From the NCBI GenBank assembly GCA_045837725.1, contig JBEWZL010000220.1:186001-250000 (forward strand): DNA of 64,000 nucleotides, in the 5' to 3' direction. The position numbers were made by a program, and so were the translations under genes. Within the stretch, counting starts at the first letter, position 1; every line of letters begins with the position of its first letter. The notes under the pieces are model-generated. The model was not told the DNA's origin and did not search any database. It saw only the letters and a program-made list of their open reading frames with translations. The stretch comes from Vermamoeba vermiformis (lineage: Eukaryota). This document shows, in pieces, positions 38,747-49,993 of this stretch.

Positions 38747-40175
38747 TTAAACTAAGCTGTAGTCGAAGAATAGACCAAAGTTAGCATTGTAAGGCGTAAT
38801 AGTAGTGCCTACACCGACACCAATATCTTGCCAAACACGCGTGCCAACAAAACATCCGGCTTCAAATTTTTCTTCGTCTCGACCACGTGGCTTAAATCGG
38901 GCAAAAGTGTGAAGCAACACTGGGTAGTCCTTCACATCAGTACGGTACTTAACGCCAAGCGAAGCATTCTTCACGCCAATCTTTCGCACATCTGTCTTGA
39001 CGCGTGCGCCGACAACCAAGTTCGCGAGAGGTCGTGCGGCAAGCGTGCTGAATACGAAGCCCAAAGAGCTGATCTTTAACGAGGCCTCGATAGGTGTGCC
39101 TTCATGTTGTCTGTAGCTCGCACCAACGGAGGCTGAAAAAATTTCGTTAGACACACGTGTGTTCGATTAACTCAAAATAATCTAGATTTCATCTGCAAAT
39201 ATAAAACGCTACGACAATTATCAGAGCGATGTGCGAGTGTTAATGAGGTATCGTTTTCAGACTTACTCTCAAAAGTCTCTTCTTTGGCGAAGTATTTAGT
39301 CTCCACGCCAGCAGCAAAGTTTTTCTTGATGTTTCGCAGGCCCGAAACAGCGAAAACATTGCTCGTGGTATTAGATACTACTTGAACTGCCATATTGTGC
39401 GTGTCGTAGTTGATTTTTGTGACAACCGACGCATCCGTGTTCTTCTTGCTGAGCGGATGTCCGACGGCATTCACTGTGACTCTATAGTTCTTATTTACTC
39501 TGTAAGTGCCGAATAGAGCCAAGAGACCGTTCATTCTAAGGCCCATAGTAGCACTATAGCCCTTGTAAGTGGTCGGATCTGCGACCTTTGTAACGGTCGG
39601 CAGAAGATCTGTAACAAGACGTTCATGATTAATAAATCACATTATATTGGTCTAAATATGAGGGACTAGTATATTTTCTAATATTGTGGTGATTGTATTA
39701 ATAGTTGGAAAAGCTGACGTAAGTAATGTGACCTCACCTTTTTTACTGGCGTGCAGATGCGACAAAAGTTGAGAATAGGAGGTGTGGTGGTGATAATCCG
39801 CGCTGGGGTAATGAGCGTGAGGAGTATTGGATTGGCGGAAGATGACCTCGCTGTACTTCAGATTTGGCGCTGAGATAATGGTCTGTTGCTTGGCATTATT
39901 TTTCTGGAACGGAGTTACGTTGAAAAATACTCCATCAGTATTGAGGGGGTAGAAGATAGCCTCTAGATAATAAAATAAATAATTAGAAGGATATTTTCGA
40001 TTTTGAAAATTATTGAAATTCAACTTGAAAAGCACAAACCGATTTTGCCACCGTTATTAATAATAAAATATAACATAATTACATAAATTGCCATTACGTG
40101 ACAATTACCTCGTGAAAGATGGTCAACGTCAGTAAAAGGACCCGGATTCTCTTCAAAATAGAAACGTGCGTCCAT
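38747..40175 (-). CDS. Eukaryotic porin-superfamily beta-barrel (Tom40/Mdm10-like), 4 exons
   Basis: N-terminal ENPGPFTDVDHLSRE resembles the Tom40 NPG motif; alternating beta strands; C-terminal beta-signal-like ANFGLFFDYSL. Confidence 0.6.
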
Positions 40176-40417
40176 AATTGCTCAAAAATATTGCACTAGG
40201 ATGTTAATTGACCTTTGCTATAACTACGAGAAGTCTAGGAACAATAAATCAATAGAAAATCGGTGCGAGAAAATTTCTGTCGCGCGACCGTGCTTTATGA
40301 AACGATTTTTGAAACAATTTTCTTCAATTTGTCAATTATGCAACATAGAGAAGCATAAATATACGAGGGTAGGCGCGTAAGAAGTAGTCAAGTTTATTTA
40401 AATGATTTCCTTGCCGG

Positions 40418-43086
40418 ATGGCCAAAGTAAATAAATCGACAAAAGGACCAATTGTCCCATTCGAGGATGATTATGGTGGCAAAATATACAATAACAATAA
40501 TAATGAAGATGACATGATAGACAATTACGACAGTGAAGAAGATGATGGAATTTTATCGCGACTTCTGTCTCCGCGCAAGTCAATTGATAAACAAAATTAT
40601 TTTAATCTCGTTCCCGACGAAATTTGCACGACTATATTCCAGTACTTGGATTTAGAGAGCTTATGTAAAGGTAAGAGCAGTATTGGATCGATACACCGAA
40701 ACATGGGTTGTTTCATGAATAGAAGAGTTAGTTTAATGCTAATTTTATTATGACATTATTGTTTGAATTTTAATTTATAGGATGATCAATACGTACGACT
40801 ATTCTAAGCGTCGTATTGTTTTTCCGATCTCAAATTTTATTGTACTAATCTTGATGAACTATAGTTGGCTTTGTATGCAAGTCATGGAACGACATAGCGA
40901 ATGACAAGTGCATTTGGACACAAAGAATCGAAGAGAAATTTGGTGCGGTCGAAACTTCGAAGATCGAGGACAAAAAGCGGTGGTTCTTGTACAAGCTGTG
41001 CATAGAATCGCATTATAAGGATATCAAGAATATGGATCCTGCTGCAAAGTAAGTCAATTTGTTTTCAAAGTGGTTCATGAACCACTTTTTAAATTGATCT
41101 CTGATGACTGCTTATCGCTTGAATGGTATGCGGACAGATACGGATCATAGATTAATATACTATTATATATAGTCATTATATATCAAATTAATACTAACGA
41201 TGCTAATTTAAGGCTTGATTTTTCGTTCGAAGAGCGACTTTTCTACAACCAGATCTCGTTCAGAACGTGGGGCGTGGCATTGAAATTATTACATTCACCA
41301 TTACAAGTAGGTTATTATTGACAGTGCTATATCCTTATTTGGCAATTTTATGCTGATTAGTTGTTAATTTTAGAATAATTTTACCATCGGAGCTATCATT
41401 TTGCAGACAATTTTGATCTATTTGAAGCTCGACAAAATAATTCAATACCCGTGGTTCTTTGTCTTCACGCCACTGTGGATATTCAACACGATCTATATTT
41501 GCAGTTGTGTCGTGTGGTTCTATTTACACGCACGTGATTTATTGACTGGTAAGTGTCCCGCAAAAAACTTTTGCAAATGGCTCGATATACTTTTTTATAC
41601 TTTAATTTTGTTCGTATATTATTTTAGTGGTGGGTACACGTTTAATTATATCGTTTAAAGTGCTGTTTATCGAATCAAATTTTCATCGCGACCTACCTCG
41701 AACTTTCGATAGGTTTCGCAGTGTTCGTTGAATTGATCAATACGGAATATAACGCTAGTGATACGAACGAATCGTCTTCATCCAATTCACATTGATTTTT
41801 GACCCGGCAAATCCTATGTACATTTGTAAATATCTGATAAACTTCCTGTGATTGCGAGAGAAAATTCAGAAGGAGCGGAATAATAGCCGTGTTTGGATAC
41901 GTTCTAATTCTTTTTACCGTATATAGAGGAGTTTGTAGAGAAGAGATTGAGTGGCTGGCTCAAAGTAAGTCAGATCTAGTTACTTACATCGAGATGATGC
42001 TAATCAAGTTTTGTTTCAATAGGATGTCTTGGATGCACTTAGAACGCGCTTTTTGGACTATCTGTTGTTCATATTAGTCTCGTGCTCTATTTTCATCGTG
42101 TTCCCATCAATGCTCGTGCTTCAACTCGACATTTTTTCACAACTCTTTGTTCAAAACAACAATCAATCCAACGAGCTCTATTTCAAGCCGTATCGATTGC
42201 CGTGGACTGTCGTAGCGTTTCCGCTAATGCTTGGCTTTGGAATTACTTGGCTGTCAATTCGTCGTCGAATAAGGTTCGTTGGAAGACAACACTGACAGCA
42301 CGAGTATACCAAATACTAATTTATTATTTTAGGTATAATAAGCGAAGGAGACACCTAAGGTCATTGCCGTTATTGTACTTGATTTGGTTTGTTTTCTTGT
42401 GGGGTAAGTAATGTCAACTCTTAATGTCACGTGTCATTTGCAAAAGAGATGGTTTTTTTGACGCTTAAATTCTTTTTTAGCTTTCGTACTCGTATTAGTG
42501 ACAGCACTACAATTAGACGGCTTAGTTCCGTCGTTTTGGAACTGTTATTGGAGTGCAATTCCGGTGTGGCTGTTGGACCTCTCAGCGCTCGCGTACTTGG
42601 CAGGCGTGTTCAACTTTAACCCTGCAAATGGTCGGTGGCAACGGTCATTCGAGATTAGCGCGAGATTTATTGCTGAAAGTCCATTAGTCTTGTTGCTATG
42701 GCTATTCCAAGTAAGCTCTCCACACCACTTCTAAATTAGGAAATGGTTTTGACGCTGGATTAGGTTCTGTTGTGCTATAGGTTAGAGAATATATATAGAG
42801 CGTATCAGCAGTTAGAAGACGTGAATTCGAGCCTGGAACAAAAAACCTCGGCGTTGAAAGTGTTTGACCAATCATTTTTCATTTGCTTTGCGTATTTATT
42901 TGCTGTTGAAGGATTTGCCGTCCTAGCTTGGCTACAGGTATAATAACAAACAATAAATGACTCGTAATTTAAGTATACTTACGATCCTTTCTGTTCCAGG
43001 ATGTGGTAGACTTTGGCGGTTACAGACGCTACAGTGTGAGCAAAAGATTCGATTTTTCCATTAAAAAGGCTGTAAAGATGAATTAG
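40418..43086 (+). CDS. F-box plus multi-pass membrane protein (TMEM185/TMEM203-like repeats), multi-exon
   Basis: Spliced LVPDEICTTIFQYLDLESLCKVGFVCKSWNDIA; repeats LKLDKIIQYPWFFVFTPLW, LQLD...WTVVAFPL, LQLDG...WSAIPVW; TAG 43084-43086. Confidence 0.7.
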
Positions 43087-43245
43087 ATGTAAATAATAAA
43101 TGTATCATAGTTCTATTCACTTCCGTAGGAAATTTTGCGATCTGGAGGCACGTGGACTAAACTATTTTTTCCAGTTTTGAGGACCAGCAAAACATTTTAG
43201 ACTTAGATTATTCCATTATTTTATTTTTTTAGTGGAATAAACAGA

Positions 43246-44444
43246 ATGTCAAGACGAGATTCGAGACCTGAGTTCAGAGATCGAGACGATAGACGATTTA
43301 ACGGTGCTCGTGATAGAGACCGTCGAGATATTCGTGACAGCCGAGATGGTAGAGATAGACGTGATAACAGAGATTTATTGCCTAAACGAGAGCCAATTAA
43401 AGTAGATCGAGAGAAGGTAAAAAACAAAAATATTGCAGAAAATTTTCAAACCGTAGAGAAATTCAAAATAATAGCACATTGAAGTTAAAATAATATTAAG
43501 GAGGCATATAAATATTTTTTATCAATTTTGGAGCATTTACAAATTAAATTCGAATTTTATTAACAAATCTGTCTTTAGGTTTGTCCGACTCTTGTTCGAG
43601 TATTCACTCGCGACGATAAAAGTCACAGGTAATTAATTTAATACTTTTAATGGAATTAAAGCTAATAAATATCTTCACGCTCGATCTCTAATTTTTCGTT
43701 CCATCCAGTGTTGATGATTTCAAAGACGGTAAATTGCCTTCATCCGACCAAGAAATTCAAATTCACACATGGTAAGTCTTCATTAACCAACTAGTAACAA
43801 ATATTAAGCTTGCAATGCAAATTCTAAGCGTTTTCAATTTACGCGATCCAACTTGTTTTTATTACAACAACGCTATGCTACATTATTAGCCATTATTATA
43901 GCGCTGCATATCAATTAATTGAACTCAAGTTGCTCTAATTAAGATATAATTATGTTTAAACGAGTGATTGTACTCACACAATTCTTTGCGGTTCATAGGC
44001 AAGACGCTTCACTGCGCGAATTGACGCAATTGATTCAATCAGTGCGCGAAAAGGCTCGCAATGATGGCGCACGATTGGTGTTCAACTTGGTGACCGTGGA
44101 CAGATCTGGCATGTAAGTGTTGTGTTCTTAGTACTTATTCTAATGTCCTCGCAAATGGCGATATGTAATCAAATAGTGATATATAATAAGCGTATAATCG
44201 TCGCAAACGCAAATTATCACTTGAACTGTTGCTACAAAAATTTTCAGCGGATGTGGCATAACTAAACCTCCATTTTTTAAGTGGTTATACTATTGAGTAC
44301 TAATTAATAATGTATTACAGATTTACAATGCGTCAAATTGGTTCTATTTATTCGAACAGATCTGCTCGTGATGACGACAAGACATTGTACGAACTTGGTT
44401 TTGAACCTGGCGATTATATTGACGTCGCTATTCAAGCTCGTTGA
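43246..44444 (+). CDS. SAP18: Sin3-associated protein SAP18 (ASAP complex subunit), 5 exons
   Basis: Spliced VDREKVCPTLVRVF, IHTWQDASLRELTQL, DDDKTLYELGFEPGDYIDVAI; RD-rich N-terminus. Confidence 0.9.
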
Positions 44445-45172
44445 TAGTCGCAATCGATTATAGATGTGTAAGAGAATAGTAGTGAAAGATAATAGTGCTA
44501 TTTGGAATTAATAAAGCTGTATTTTATACAAATTTTTCGGGATGGCTTTACGTATTTTTATGACCGAGCATTTTTTCAAGCGTTTTTTTGTACGAGGCAA
44601 AGTCTTTGGGACCTATTAGCTTCATTTGTGTTAGTGCGAAGTTGAGATATTGCGGTGTCGCAGTGCTGAACAGTTTTGCGAGCTCAAAATCGAAATGTCG
44701 TTTCTCGTCAAACGAAACACAATAACAGCACTTACATTAATACGAAAGCTTAAATCAACTTCGAACTAGTTTATTATAGAAATTTGAAGCCAAGAACTGT
44801 TGCGGTTCGCGTTTTAATTTTGCTTCCTGAAGATCTTCTCAAAATTATTGCTATCAGCGTTTTTTGCATTTAAATAAATAATTATGCCATTTTTTAGATT
44901 ATAAGTATTATTTTAATCAGCCAGAAAAAAAAATTTTACATCCACACAAGAAATCAATCAGTCATCAAACGTGATCGTGCTACGACATCTACAGGTAAGC
45001 AAGTTTCGCATATAAGTATATACTTAGCTAAGAGGGTCTTTCAGCAATTTTAAGCTGGATCCTAATAATGGCGAGATTGTTTCCAAATTTAGAATTGCAA
45101 TTTTGTTGGTTACGACCAGTTAATTTTTCATTTTCACTCTTCATACAGTAGTGTTCACCACGCGACAGCTAA

Positions 45173-47994
45173 ATGCGACCTGCTGCGCTGCTTTGTTTGT
45201 TCGTTTGTATTGGATTCGCTGCCACAGCGACCGTTACATCCGTCTCTTATTCTCATTCCGCTTGCCAGCCTAGTTATGACCCACGAGATGATTCAAGATA
45301 TCCTTGCGTCCAGCCTTTATGTATGTACAACAAAAATATTTTAAATTTTCGGCATCTGCTTCGCCAATTAGTTAGTCTATAGAGTTATTATACCATACTC
45401 ACGTAATTGTATTATAGCAAGATTTTGGGCGAACTTGAAAGTAGAGAATAGCGGACCAGAGGAACTTTTATCCATTTCTTCTCTGTCTATCAAATCCGAA
45501 GAGTGCAACAACTGCTTCACGAGTTTCCAATACTTAGGAGACTTACCTAGTCTTAAAATCGGTGAATCAACGAATGTTAACGTTTCTTTTGTTGTCCCAT
45601 CCGTTCCTGGCCAATACTTCCCCAAGATCACTATTACCTACGGCAACTCCGTTACTTTTACGTTTGGCATAGAGGTATATCCATAGTATATTATATATGA
45701 ACAAAAAAACTTTAAATTTGAATCGCTCACAACTGACAATTTAAATCCGTTATTAAATTCTAACCACAAATCGGATCTAGGTTACTTGCAGCAACGGAAT
45801 CTTTTGCGATGGTCTTGAGCGCTATGTTAAAGGCCAGTGCGTGTCTGGAGCTCCTCCCTGCGACGATTCTTTCGACTGCACTACCGACATCTGCCACGAA
45901 TCCAACCATACTTGCTCGAGAGTCGTGACGGACCTAGTTAATTGCGACCGATGCTTGAACGACAATAACGGATGCGTCGGAAATTGCACAGGTCTGAATT
46001 GTGGTGACGACGGATGTGGCGGCTCGTGCGGTACTTGCACTAACTCACTCGTGTGTGGCAATGAGGGCTCTTGCATCCAATACTCAACTCTTGAAGGTAC
46101 GTATATAAGTTCAATCTATTTAAGCTGTCATTCCAAAATTAGGACATTACAGTTGTCGAGATTAAAAATAGAGATTGATTTTCTTGCCAATAATTTTATA
46201 CTTTATTATCATTTTAAAGATTTAAGGTGCTTTATAATCAATTTTAAAGATTACAGTTGCAGTATGACAACACTAAATTTTTAATTTTGGAGACTCATAC
46301 GTCTATTTTTAGCAACTTGCCTCAATCCTCTTCCACTATTCAAGAACGATCAAATTGTCTATGGCTTCTCTACTGTAACTGGCGATACTTCTATTGGCGT
46401 TCATGTTTATACTCCGAAATGTAACACCGCATCCACTGCTCGCGAACAGGTAAGACCCTAGAACCTCATTAATTATTATATAATTGCAAAATATAGGCAT
46501 AATTTTGGCTGTTATATTAACTAATGTCAATTGTTGTACTTAGTTCTACACGTTTACTGTGCCTGCAGGCAAGACGGTTGGAGTTGACATTCGATCAATT
46601 GGCTACGACACAGTGCTGGAACTGACCAAGACCTTGTGCGGAGGTCACAGCGACGACCAATTTATCAAGTGTTCTGACGACGCCACGCCTCCGAGCAACT
46701 TAGGTACGGTTAGATCCGGTCACTTTTCGCCCGTCCCTCGATTTTTTTTTATTCGCGAGACTAACGAATGTGTTGGCAGGCTCGAGAGTGTCAGCGTTAT
46801 TAACTGAAGGCACGTACTACGTCATGGTGGACGGCTACAGCGGTGTCGACTTTGGTCCCTTCACATTGGAGTTGAGATTCCGAGACGGCTGTGCACCTTC
46901 ATGTGAGGGTCGTTTCTGCGGTTCAGATGGCTGTGGCGGTACTTGCGGTGAATGTGGCGCAGACGAGTCGTGCAGCGGATTCAACAGATGTTTGGCTAAC
47001 AACTGCCAGCCTATTTGCAACGCTACAGTTGTGTGCGGCGATGACGGCTGTGAAGGCGATTGTGGCACGTGCAACACTAATGCAGGTGAACTGTGCGTCT
47101 TCGACACTCGTTCGTGCAAGATGTTCCCGATCTGTGATCACATGCGACCTGTTTGCAGCGACTGCACGGCCTCACAGTACTGCGGATCCGATTGTCAATG
47201 TTACGACGTCAACTCTGCTATCCCCGATTTGGTCATCAATGCTGATAAACTCCGCTCAGAGATCGTCTTTGAATCCAAGACTTTTGACAACGCGTCTTGT
47301 GCCGTCTATGAAAAGTGCGTTGATGGCTTGGGCGAGCGTCGCTTGATGAGATTCACGGTTGAAGTGATCAACCAGGGCTTGGGTGCATTGACTGCGCCTC
47401 CTCCAGGCACCAATCCTCAATTGTTCCAATGGTCACCGTGCCACGGTCATTTCCACTTCACCAAATTCGCGGAATATTACTTGCTTAGCAGCGATGGCAC
47501 AGTCGTCAAATCCGGCCGCAAGCAAGCTTACTGCATGTTGGACTCTCATATGATACTCGAAGGTCCTAATGTGCCTTGCAAGGGTAAGTACAGTGAATCT
47601 GGATCCGTTACGCGACCAATTATTTTTTGGCGGGAACTTTTCAGTGAACGAATGCTAACGAATTATGTTAGGTCCTTATTCTTGTTCTGAACAAGGAGTT
47701 AGCTCTGGTTGGTCTGATGTTTACGGCAATGACTTGGACTGTCAATGGTTGGACGTCACTGGTATCACGCCCGGAGATTATCAACTGTACATTGCAGTCA
47801 ACAACGAGCGATTGTTCCACGAGATGTCGTTCGAGAACAACGAAGCTATTATTCCGATCACTTTGACCGCGGATCAATTGGCCTACAAACCGACCCCGAT
47901 CTCTACCTTAACCCCTGTTGCAAAGACTAGTGGGGCTAGTGTCATTGGCGTCATTTCTGTAGTTCTTTTCGGCATTCTATTGTCTCTGATGTAA
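45173..47994 (+). CDS. Secreted/anchored lysyl oxidase-domain protein with Cys-rich repeats, multi-exon
   Basis: Signal peptide; CDDSFDCTTDIC and three CG[DS]DGC.G.CG.C repeats; PDLV, RRLMRF, WSPCHGHFH, GRKQAYC, GWSDVY, CQWLDVTG, EMSFENN; hydrophobic C-terminus. Confidence 0.9.
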
Positions 47995-48104
47995 ATTACG
48001 ACAATATTGATAAACTTTTATTAATATCAAGCTCGTGTAAAGTGTTTGTCCAAGCTCGGTCATTCTATTAATCGAGTCAATTTTGTTAGGTCATGTTTAT
48101 TCCG

Positions 48105-49781
48105 TTAATTAGTAGTTTTTTGTACAAGATGGCTCTTGCCGTTGATTCTGACAATTCTCATTTTACACAACGAAGTTAGATCCATCACATCCGAGTGCAT
48201 CAATATCGTCTCAGCAATGTGATTGAAGCCTGGCACACCTCCACATACAAAGTGCTTGAATATGCGAAGCCATATCTCCAATGGGAACATGTCAAATGCA
48301 TCTGAACGTGCGATCTGGATCAACATTGTGATAGCTTTGATTATAAGGTCCTGTCGACATCGCTTATTCTTGTCTTGAAGATCCAATATCTCTTGGTGCA
48401 TCTCGTAAGGCACGAACTTGTCTCGCGATAAAACGAGATCTGTCAACGAATCATTCTTTTTCAGTCCTTCGATCAGTGCTTTATATCCTTCAACTTTAAT
48501 GTCTTGGCCACTGATATCAAGATGCAATAAGCATTGATTGGTCTTAATAGCCTTACTTAAGTATCGACAGCCTTCGTCATCGACTTTGCATTCTTTCAAG
48601 TTGAGCCGGATCAACGTTTTGTCAAATTTCAGACCTTCCGCCAGAAATTTGCAGCCTGATGCGCCAACATTATTTAAAAATAAACTTAATGACGTAATTG
48701 ATTTGTTGTTTTTCAACGCGGGTCCAAGCAGATTTGGATGAATGTTTGCTTGCGACAGATCGATCTCGGTCAAAGACTCGTTGACATTTAATAATGCTGC
48801 CACTGTTGGTTGAATAGCGCCGGTGAGTCTGTTATCCCAAAAATCTAGCTGTGTTAATGTCTTATTGTGATGCAGCGAGTCCAAAACAATGGCGATCAGA
48901 TCCGATCCAAATTTATTGCCGGTAATATCAAGCTTTGTAAGGGTCTGATTATGTCTTAAAGTTTCTGCTAATAATTCCACTTCAACTGATGTTATTTGAC
49001 ATTCGTTGTTTCGATATTGTCTGAGTGCGAGTGACAGATCTGTTATTGACGAGTTTTCTTTAAAAGCTTTTAATATCGGAGTTAACAACTCTCTTCGCCA
49101 AATTCTACTTCTTTGTATATGTATTTTTTTGATTTTGTTCTCTTTAATTATATCGCCAATCAACTCCATTTCGTGTTGCCCTTCTAAACCCGGATGTACT
49201 GTCAGATTCGTTATGTTCGGGTGAAGGTTAATTGCTCTAACAAATGCTTCAAATTGTTGTGGTGTATAATTAGATGCAGGAATGCTCAAAGATGTTAATT
49301 TTGTGTTGTTTTGAAGGGCGCTAATGACTGGCTCAAATCCGTCAGGTAGGATCTGTTGAAAATCCGAAAAGAAAAAGCTTGTTATATTGCTGTACTGTAT
49401 TATCTCTGCAATATGATTCAAACATTTTGAATCGGAACTTGCATCGGTAGCAGCGTAGGCTAAGCGCAGTGTTTCAACAGATGTGTTGATCTTCAGTGCA
49501 TCCGCCAAATAATCAATCCATTGTTCTTCACAAGGACATGTGATGCTCTTCACCGTGGTATTGTAAGCAATGCCTTTAGCGAAATTTCCGATATCCTTAA
49601 CGCTCAAAAGCAATCTCTCGTCAGATTCCCAACTAGTTGTTTTTGCTGTTCCTAATACTAATGTTTGTGTTGTTTTAGGAATATCCATCGCCGTACTTTC
49701 TTCTAATTTTGCACTGTAGGTGCTGGAATATTGCTTCCTTAATTTTTCTAACTTTTTCTGCTTGCGTGCCGTTTTTCGCAT
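48105..49781 (-). CDS. RNI-like leucine-rich-repeat protein, paralog A, with C-terminal F-box-like motif
   Basis: 28-residue repeats of the type LK.N.SL..L.L..N.....G...LA..L; FDMFPLEIWLRIFKHF; ATG 49781. Confidence 0.85.
   Translation of the reverse strand: MRKTARKQKKLEKLRKQYSSTYSAKLEESTAMDIPKTTQTLVLGTAKTTSWESDERLLLSVKDIGNFAKGIAYNTTVKSITCPCEEQWIDYLADALKINTSVETLRLAYAATDASSDSKCLNHIAEIIQYSNITSFFFSDFQQILPDGFEPVISALQNNTKLTSLSIPASNYTPQQFEAFVRAINLHPNITNLTVHPGLEGQHEMELIGDIIKENKIKKIHIQRSRIWRRELLTPILKAFKENSSITDLSLALRQYRNNECQITSVEVELLAETLRHNQTLTKLDITGNKFGSDLIAIVLDSLHHNKTLTQLDFWDNRLTGAIQPTVAALLNVNESLTEIDLSQANIHPNLLGPALKNNKSITSLSLFLNNVGASGCKFLAEGLKFDKTLIRLNLKECKVDDEGCRYLSKAIKTNQCLLHLDISGQDIKVEGYKALIEGLKKNDSLTDLVLSRDKFVPYEMHQEILDLQDKNKRCRQDLIIKAITMLIQIARSDAFDMFPLEIWLRIFKHFVCGGVPGFNHIAETILMHSDVMDLTSLCKMRIVRINGKSHLVQKTTN
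48119..48332. repeat. 214-bp direct repeat, copy 1 (copy 2 at 50011-50224)
   Basis: Ungapped alignment by eye with about 10 mismatches; covers the 3' coding ends of both LRR genes. Confidence 0.9.
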
Positions 49782-49993
49782 CTGGATCTCAACTTTAATC
49801 AAATTATTAACAGCGAACAGGATGAAATTAAATTTAATTTTGATTATAAATCATGTTCAAAATCTAATAAACTAAGTCTTACCTCTTGTGGTATTCCTTT
49901 CGTTTCTGAAATATTTTTGACAGTGGACTTCTCTGGTCCCATACAAAAGACGCAACAAAAATAATAATTAAATTTATAGGAAATTCTGTTCGT

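Noticed and set aside
41095-41212. Intronic box C-like TGATGA (snoRNA candidate)
   Set aside because: No downstream box D CTGA or terminal stem in the intron
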